A stretch of DNA of 64,000 nucleotides. It comes from an uncultured Verrucomicrobiae bacterium (GTDB lineage Bacteria > Verrucomicrobiota > Verrucomicrobiia > Chthoniobacterales > Chthoniobacteraceae). Location: assembly GCA_963828525.1 (NCBI GenBank), contig CAWHEP010000010.1, positions 304,896 to 368,895 on the forward strand, read 5' to 3'. Position 1 is the stretch's first letter. Each line of letters begins with the position of its first letter. Positions 59,345-64,000 of this stretch are shown here, piece after piece. Under the pieces are notes generated by a model. It was not told the DNA's origin. It saw only the letters and a list, made by a program, of their open reading frames with translations, and did not search any database. The translations under genes were made by a program, and so were the position numbers.

Positions 59345-61567
59345 CTATTGAGCGGAGGCGCTATCGAAGGAGGGCGGCGCTACCTTGGGATCGCTTCCCC
59401 ATTGGGAAGGTTTATCACCTAGATCGAAATCGAGCGCCCCTCCATTTGAGATGAGCAACCACGGAATCCAGGGACTCGCGTGAGCCTGGCCGTTGATCTT
59501 CAAGCTCTGGACATATGGGCTCCCGGGAGCGGCGTTGTGACCGATGAACTCGATAGTCTTACCGCCGTCCATGTGAAGAGTGGCTTTCGGAAAAACCGGG
59601 CTGCCAACAACGAATCCCGCCACGCCGGGAATAACCGGATAAATGCCCAGCGCTGAAAAGATGTACCAAGAGGAGAGCGCGCCGGCGTCGTCATTGCCTG
59701 GAATCCCGCTAGGCAGCGTGGTAAATAGCTCGTTCTGGACGCGGCGAACAATCGCCTGCGTTTTCGCTGGGGCGCCGGCGAAATCATAAACCCAGGGGGT
59801 TTCTTCATCTGGTTCGTTGCCCATGTAAGCAAATTCCGAACTCATCCCGGCGTTAGTCTTCGTGAAGAAGTGATCGAGCCGTTCGATGGCTTTCTCATTG
59901 CCGCCCATTTTGTCAATGAGGCCCCGGTAGTTAAAATTGACCAGCCAGAAATACTGCGCGGCGCTGCCTTCGATAAAGCCTTTTCCGCCTCTGGGAGCGA
60001 ACTTTTCCACCCACTTTCCGTCCGCCAGCCGCGGCTGGATGTAACCTGTTTCGGGGTTGAATAAGTTTTTCCAATTCTGGGCGCGTTTAAGATACGCCAT
60101 CTGCTTGTCCTTGAAACCGAGGCTTGCCGCCATCTGAGAAAGGGCAAAGTCATCGGTGGCGTACTCCAGGGTCACCGCGGCGGACTCGGGCACGTATCCG
60201 AGGCTCATGTATTGTTCCAGGCCTCCCCTTACTTTATGCCCGTCGGAGGTGACACCGGGCTGCGAAGCGCCTTTGTCCATCGACTCCCATGCCGCCTTTA
60301 CGTCAAAGCGCGTAACTCCAAAAGCGTACAACGTCGCGATGATGGAACAGTCGCCATCCCCCACCATGCCACCGGAATTTGTATTCATCTGTTCCCAACG
60401 AGGCATTCCGCCGCCGTTCGGACGAGCGCTCGCGTCCTCTTGGGCGTAATTCACGAGGGATTGCATGACATCGCTGGTCTCGCCGCTCGCCATGATCGCC
60501 ATCAGCGGGGAGTAAGACCGATGCTGATCCCACGCCGGAATGTTCTGGTATTGATGTTGATGGCCTGGCGTAACGGAATGCACTTTCGAGTCGATGCCGA
60601 GAAACTGCCCGTTGGCATCCTCCAGGATGTTGGGATGCATGGAGCAATGGTATAGAGCGGTGTAGAACACCTTTTTCGCGTCGTCCGAGCCCCCTTCCAC
60701 GGTGATGCAGGAAAGCTGCTTGTTCCATAGCGCCACTGCCTTTTCGCGCTCGGCCGCAAAGTCCCATCCGCTCGCTTCCCGCTTCAGGTTGTCGCGCGCG
60801 TTGTCCACGCTGGTGTAAGAGATGCCTGCTCGCGCCAACAGCGCCAGGCCTTTGGAGGTGTCGAACGTGAGGATCGCGCCGCCTTTCGCGCTGCTTGCGT
60901 CACTGATCTTGTCCCCATCCCAAGTCTTTGCCGAAGTGAAGGGCGTTGAAAAATCTGCGACGAAGTATAGCTTGCTCGCATGCCCTGAGACTTCGCTGCC
61001 GTTTACGGAGACGGCGCCATCGGCGCGAATCAAGAGAGTGGAGGTGGATTGAGCTGGGAAGGTAAAGCGCGCCAACCCCGTTCGGGGAGTGGCTGTCAAC
61101 TCAGTCTGAATACCGTTGTCGAACTTGACCTGATAGTAACCTGGAGCGGCGCTCTCGTTCTTATGAGAGAAAGGGGAGGCATATTGCTCCCAGGCCGCGC
61201 CCGGGGACGCCACGACGGGCTGCAGCAGAGGCACGAAAGCGATGTCTTTAAGACAGACCCTGCCTCTCCCGCTAAAATGCGTGAGGCTGAAGCCCTCGAT
61301 CTTGTCGTCAGGGTACCAGTATCCGCCAGCGATATTGTTGCAGTGAGTGGTGTCTGGACTCCAGGCAAGCAACCCTCGGGGACAAACTGCTCCTGGGAAC
61401 ACATTCCCGGTATCGAAGGCATAACCTATCTTGGTGAATGGGTTTGGATTGGTGCCAATGAACGGATCCACGAACGAAGTCAGCGGAGCGGGCTCGGCTG
61501 AAGCGAGCTGGGCAGCGCCTGCGAGGCTGCCGGCGAGAACAAGAATGTGGCGGATATTTGGACGCAT
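59345..61567 (-). CDS. GH92 alpha-mannosidase
   Basis: Signal peptide, FVDPFIGT, GFSLTHFSG, FYTALYH, TLEYA.DD, GNEP and GNDDAGALSSW. Confidence 0.93.
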   Translation of the reverse strand: MRPNIRHILVLAGSLAGAAQLASAEPAPLTSFVDPFIGTNPNPFTKIGYAFDTGNVFPGAVCPRGLLAWSPDTTHCNNIAGGYWYPDDKIEGFSLTHFSGRGRVCLKDIAFVPLLQPVVASPGAAWEQYASPFSHKNESAAPGYYQVKFDNGIQTELTATPRTGLARFTFPAQSTSTLLIRADGAVSVNGSEVSGHASKLYFVADFSTPFTSAKTWDGDKISDASSAKGGAILTFDTSKGLALLARAGISYTSVDNARDNLKREASGWDFAAEREKAVALWNKQLSCITVEGGSDDAKKVFYTALYHCSMHPNILEDANGQFLGIDSKVHSVTPGHQHQYQNIPAWDQHRSYSPLMAIMASGETSDVMQSLVNYAQEDASARPNGGGMPRWEQMNTNSGGMVGDGDCSIIATLYAFGVTRFDVKAAWESMDKGASQPGVTSDGHKVRGGLEQYMSLGYVPESAAVTLEYATDDFALSQMAASLGFKDKQMAYLKRAQNWKNLFNPETGYIQPRLADGKWVEKFAPRGGKGFIEGSAAQYFWLVNFNYRGLIDKMGGNEKAIERLDHFFTKTNAGMSSEFAYMGNEPDEETPWVYDFAGAPAKTQAIVRRVQNELFTTLPSGIPGNDDAGALSSWYIFSALGIYPVIPGVAGFVVGSPVFPKATLHMDGGKTIEFIGHNAAPGSPYVQSLKINGQAHASPWIPWLLISNGGALDFDLGDKPSQWGSDPKVAPPSFDSASAQ

Positions 61568-61855
61568 GAGTTTTGGGGGGGTTGCTGAAAGTCCCGATGG
61601 GACGGTTTCAAAAACCTGCCAGAGCGGCGCTTGCGCGTTCAAAGCAAATCGTTGGGGATCGCCCGAGCGCCGCGTTCGCGGAAACAATTCGATTGAGGAC
61701 ACTCATCAAGAAACAGCCAAAATCACGGACTGTATGCTGATGAACAAACATGCATTCGTCGTCAATGCGGTCAAAGAAACCCTCAGACTGATCCAGGATC
61801 GGAGGAGAGAGAAGCTGCCCCTGCCGGTGGCACAGGCTAGAACCGTAGAGGTGAG

Positions 61856-62531
61856 TTATAACTTCGAAGCTGGAACATTTCATCCATCCAGCAGAACGGA
61901 GGGTTGACTTCCTTTCAGGAGCGCCGAGTCGAACTCCGCATGTAGTAATTTCTTCTCGTGAGGAAGCAGGGTCACGTAGTTGTCATCATAAATGATTGGC
62001 AAAACGCGTTCAGTGGAGGCATTCGCCCTGACCACCTTCACGCATGCCATCAGGGCGATGCTGGAGGTTGTGTTTTGGAGCTGAATGTTGAGCCTTGTTT
62101 TCCCTTGCTCCTCGCTCTTGCGATACCAGAAGTCATTCTGAAAAAATCGCCCGAGATGAGTTGTCCATCGCGCCGAAGTTCGGGTCTGGTATCAGCCAAT
62201 CCGCTAAATAGTTGGCCAGAACCGTTCCCGGAACCGTGGCGGGTAGCCATCCGTTTGCTGGATAAGAACTACTTGAGATGGAGGTGGCATCATCGTGAGC
62301 ATTGGTCAGAAAGATTGTGTTTTGTAATTGCCAGCCGGCGCCATCTAGCGAAATCCTACCATTCGTGTCCGCGGGGGGTAACGTCAAACTCCCAGGAGAT
62401 GGAAGATGGGCCGATGACGCAGGGCGCCAATCGGCTGAATCAACAACCGGATTCTTACCATCATCCTGCTGGGCAAAGGCCCCTGTGACGGAGATCAAGA
62501 CCAAGGTGACGACGTGAAGGAATTTTTTCAT
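61856..62531 (-). pseudogene. GH2 pseudogene with a large internal deletion
   Basis: The signal peptide and sugar-binding N-terminus (WLPATVPGTV..PDPNFG..NDFWYR) abut a C-terminal Ig-like segment (RVLPIIYDDNYVTLLPHE). Frameshifts and an in-frame TGA are present. Confidence 0.8.
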
Positions 62532-62587
62532 AAAGCTTGAGCTGAATCACGTAGTTGGAACCCTGGGCCAAGGTCTTCGTGTTTTGA

Positions 62588-64000
62588 TTACAATTTGGAA
62601 GGTTGTCCGGGCCCGTAAACTTCAAGTTCATAAAGCGAATAACCGGCGTTTGTGGCCCGCTCGGTTCCGTACATGCGAACATAGCGGCCTTGTCCATTTA
62701 GGCCGGTGAGATCTTCGACCCCGCCTTTTCCGGCGCTGGTTTGATAAATGTCTGTCCACTTGAGGCCATCGCCCGAAACCTGCAACTGGTAGCTTTTGGC
62801 ATAGGCCTTTTCCCAGGTTAGTTTGACCCGGTTGATAAATTGGCTCTTTCTGAGATCGACCGTAATCCATTGAGGATCCGGCTTCCCCGTGCCAGAAGCC
62901 CAGCGCGTGGCAGAATCGCCATCTGCGACCGCGCCAGAACCATCGGCAGCATTATCGTTCGAGGACGCCGTTACCGGTTTATCTTGCGCCAGGTCACCCG
63001 TCAGAACAGAAGCGGTATCAGGGACCACATTCTTGGTCATGTTATTATAACACTCGAGCTGGACCTTGGGAGCTTCGGTTCCGGCGAGCGCGGGATCGAA
63101 ACGGAAGGTGATCTGCTTGCTCTCCCCGGGCATCAGCGAAAAATACCCGTCGCTGGTATAAACCGGCAGGATTTGACGACCCGTGCTGAATTTAACGAGC
63201 ATCGGACGGATGGCGAAAGCAACGGTCTGTGAGTCTGCAGGATTGGTTATTGTAGCGGTCATAAGGTCCTGACCATTCTCCTGTGACAGATGAGAATTTA
63301 GCCCTAGATTTACTTGTTTGAGTGAATTAAGCGCCTTGAAATTCAAATCTACAGTGCCGCGCCAGTAGAAGTTTTCGGAGACAAGCCTGCCTGAACTGTC
63401 CGTCAATCGAAGCCGAAGGAAATGCGCGGGACTCAAATCGGTCGGATAGGTGAGCGTAAAGCAGTTGGCAACGGCGTTGGAAGGGGATGTAAAAGCAGAG
63501 GACTTTCTTTCGAACTTCCGGGCGCCGTCCAAGTTATAGAGGAAAGCCTCGGCCACCAACCCAGTGACGTTTTTTCCCGAAGTATTGGCCACGCGAATCC
63601 GATCATCGTTTTCATTCCAATAAATATGAACCGGTTCACAGGCCGACTTGGCTCCCCAATAAGCGCCGGTTAGATCGAAATAATAATCATAGGTCTGCCA
63701 GACCATGGACGGATAAGCCGACTGGCTCATCCAAATAATGATGCCGGCAGCGTCTTTATCGCTGTGGTCGAGCCAGCCTTCGAACATCGCCTTCATCGTC
63801 TCGATGTTCAGTAGCTGCGCTTTGACGCAAAACTCTTCGATTCCCCCCGATTTGCCGTATCGGCGATTGACATCCTTGAAGTAATGATCCGGCGCCGCAT
63901 TATTGGCCCAGGGGCCAAAGTAATGGCGGTTCCACAGGTCGTTGCGCGGCCACCAGGCATTTTCCGGCATGAACTTCTTAAAGCTGTCGAAATTGGTGAA
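62588..64000 (-). CDS. GH2 glycosidase (beta-mannosidase/exo-glucosaminidase-like) with C-terminal CBM32/F5-8 domain; 5' end outside the window
   Basis: WMSQSAYPSMVWQTYDYY, VSENFYW, DGYFSLMPGE, TRWAS and RYVRM. Confidence 0.88.
   Translation of the reverse strand, partial: FTNFDSFKKFMPENAWWPRNDLWNRHYFGPWANNAAPDHYFKDVNRRYGKSGGIEEFCVKAQLLNIETMKAMFEGWLDHSDKDAAGIIIWMSQSAYPSMVWQTYDYYFDLTGAYWGAKSACEPVHIYWNENDDRIRVANTSGKNVTGLVAEAFLYNLDGARKFERKSSAFTSPSNAVANCFTLTYPTDLSPAHFLRLRLTDSSGRLVSENFYWRGTVDLNFKALNSLKQVNLGLNSHLSQENGQDLMTATITNPADSQTVAFAIRPMLVKFSTGRQILPVYTSDGYFSLMPGESKQITFRFDPALAGTEAPKVQLECYNNMTKNVVPDTASVLTGDLAQDKPVTASSNDNAADGSGAVADGDSATRWASGTGKPDPQWITVDLRKSQFINRVKLTWEKAYAKSYQLQVSGDGLKWTDIYQTSAGKGGVEDLTGLNGQGRYVRMYGTERATNAGYSLYELEVYGPGQPSKL

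Noticed and set aside
61690..61850. Possible small plus-strand gene remnant (MLMNKHAFVVNAVKETLRLI..)
   Set aside because: No recognisable family or clear boundaries, so it cannot be supported.

Overview
This is a GC-rich bacterial chromosomal segment, most likely from Verrucomicrobiota (Spartobacteria/Chthoniobacterales-like). That placement is an inference from gene content: a prepilin H-X9-DG protein, a DUF1800/DUF1501 pair, a long three-domain IspG, an outer-membrane barrel + FecR pair and a Verrucomicrobia-type C-terminal domain. Core genes: dus, cdsA-dxr-rseP-ispG-pheA, tatA, recA-alaS, mutS, metF, ku, pyrF. Accessory modules: (i) a Tat-signal TldD/TldE pair; (ii) an OM beta-barrel / cupredoxin / membrane HAMP-adenylate cyclase operon; (iii) a toxin-antitoxin patch (AAA-DUF4143 with an upstream palindrome, hicB-hicA, an uncalled antitoxin-like gene); (iv) an OM barrel + ~1090-aa FecR/passenger protein; (v) a decayed AbiEi/AbiEii pair next to an adenylate cyclase-STAND ATPase-TPR gene that overlaps (ATGA) a secreted lysozyme-like protein; (vi) a CAZyme block (GH28 with a 50x Thr-Pro linker, GH92, GH2-CBM32 and an internally deleted GH2 pseudogene). 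About a dozen single-base indels interrupt otherwise intact genes, including three in mutS. Most are probably long-read consensus errors. No rRNA, tRNA, CRISPR array, transposase or integrase was recognised. All family assignments come from motif recognition by eye, not database searches.
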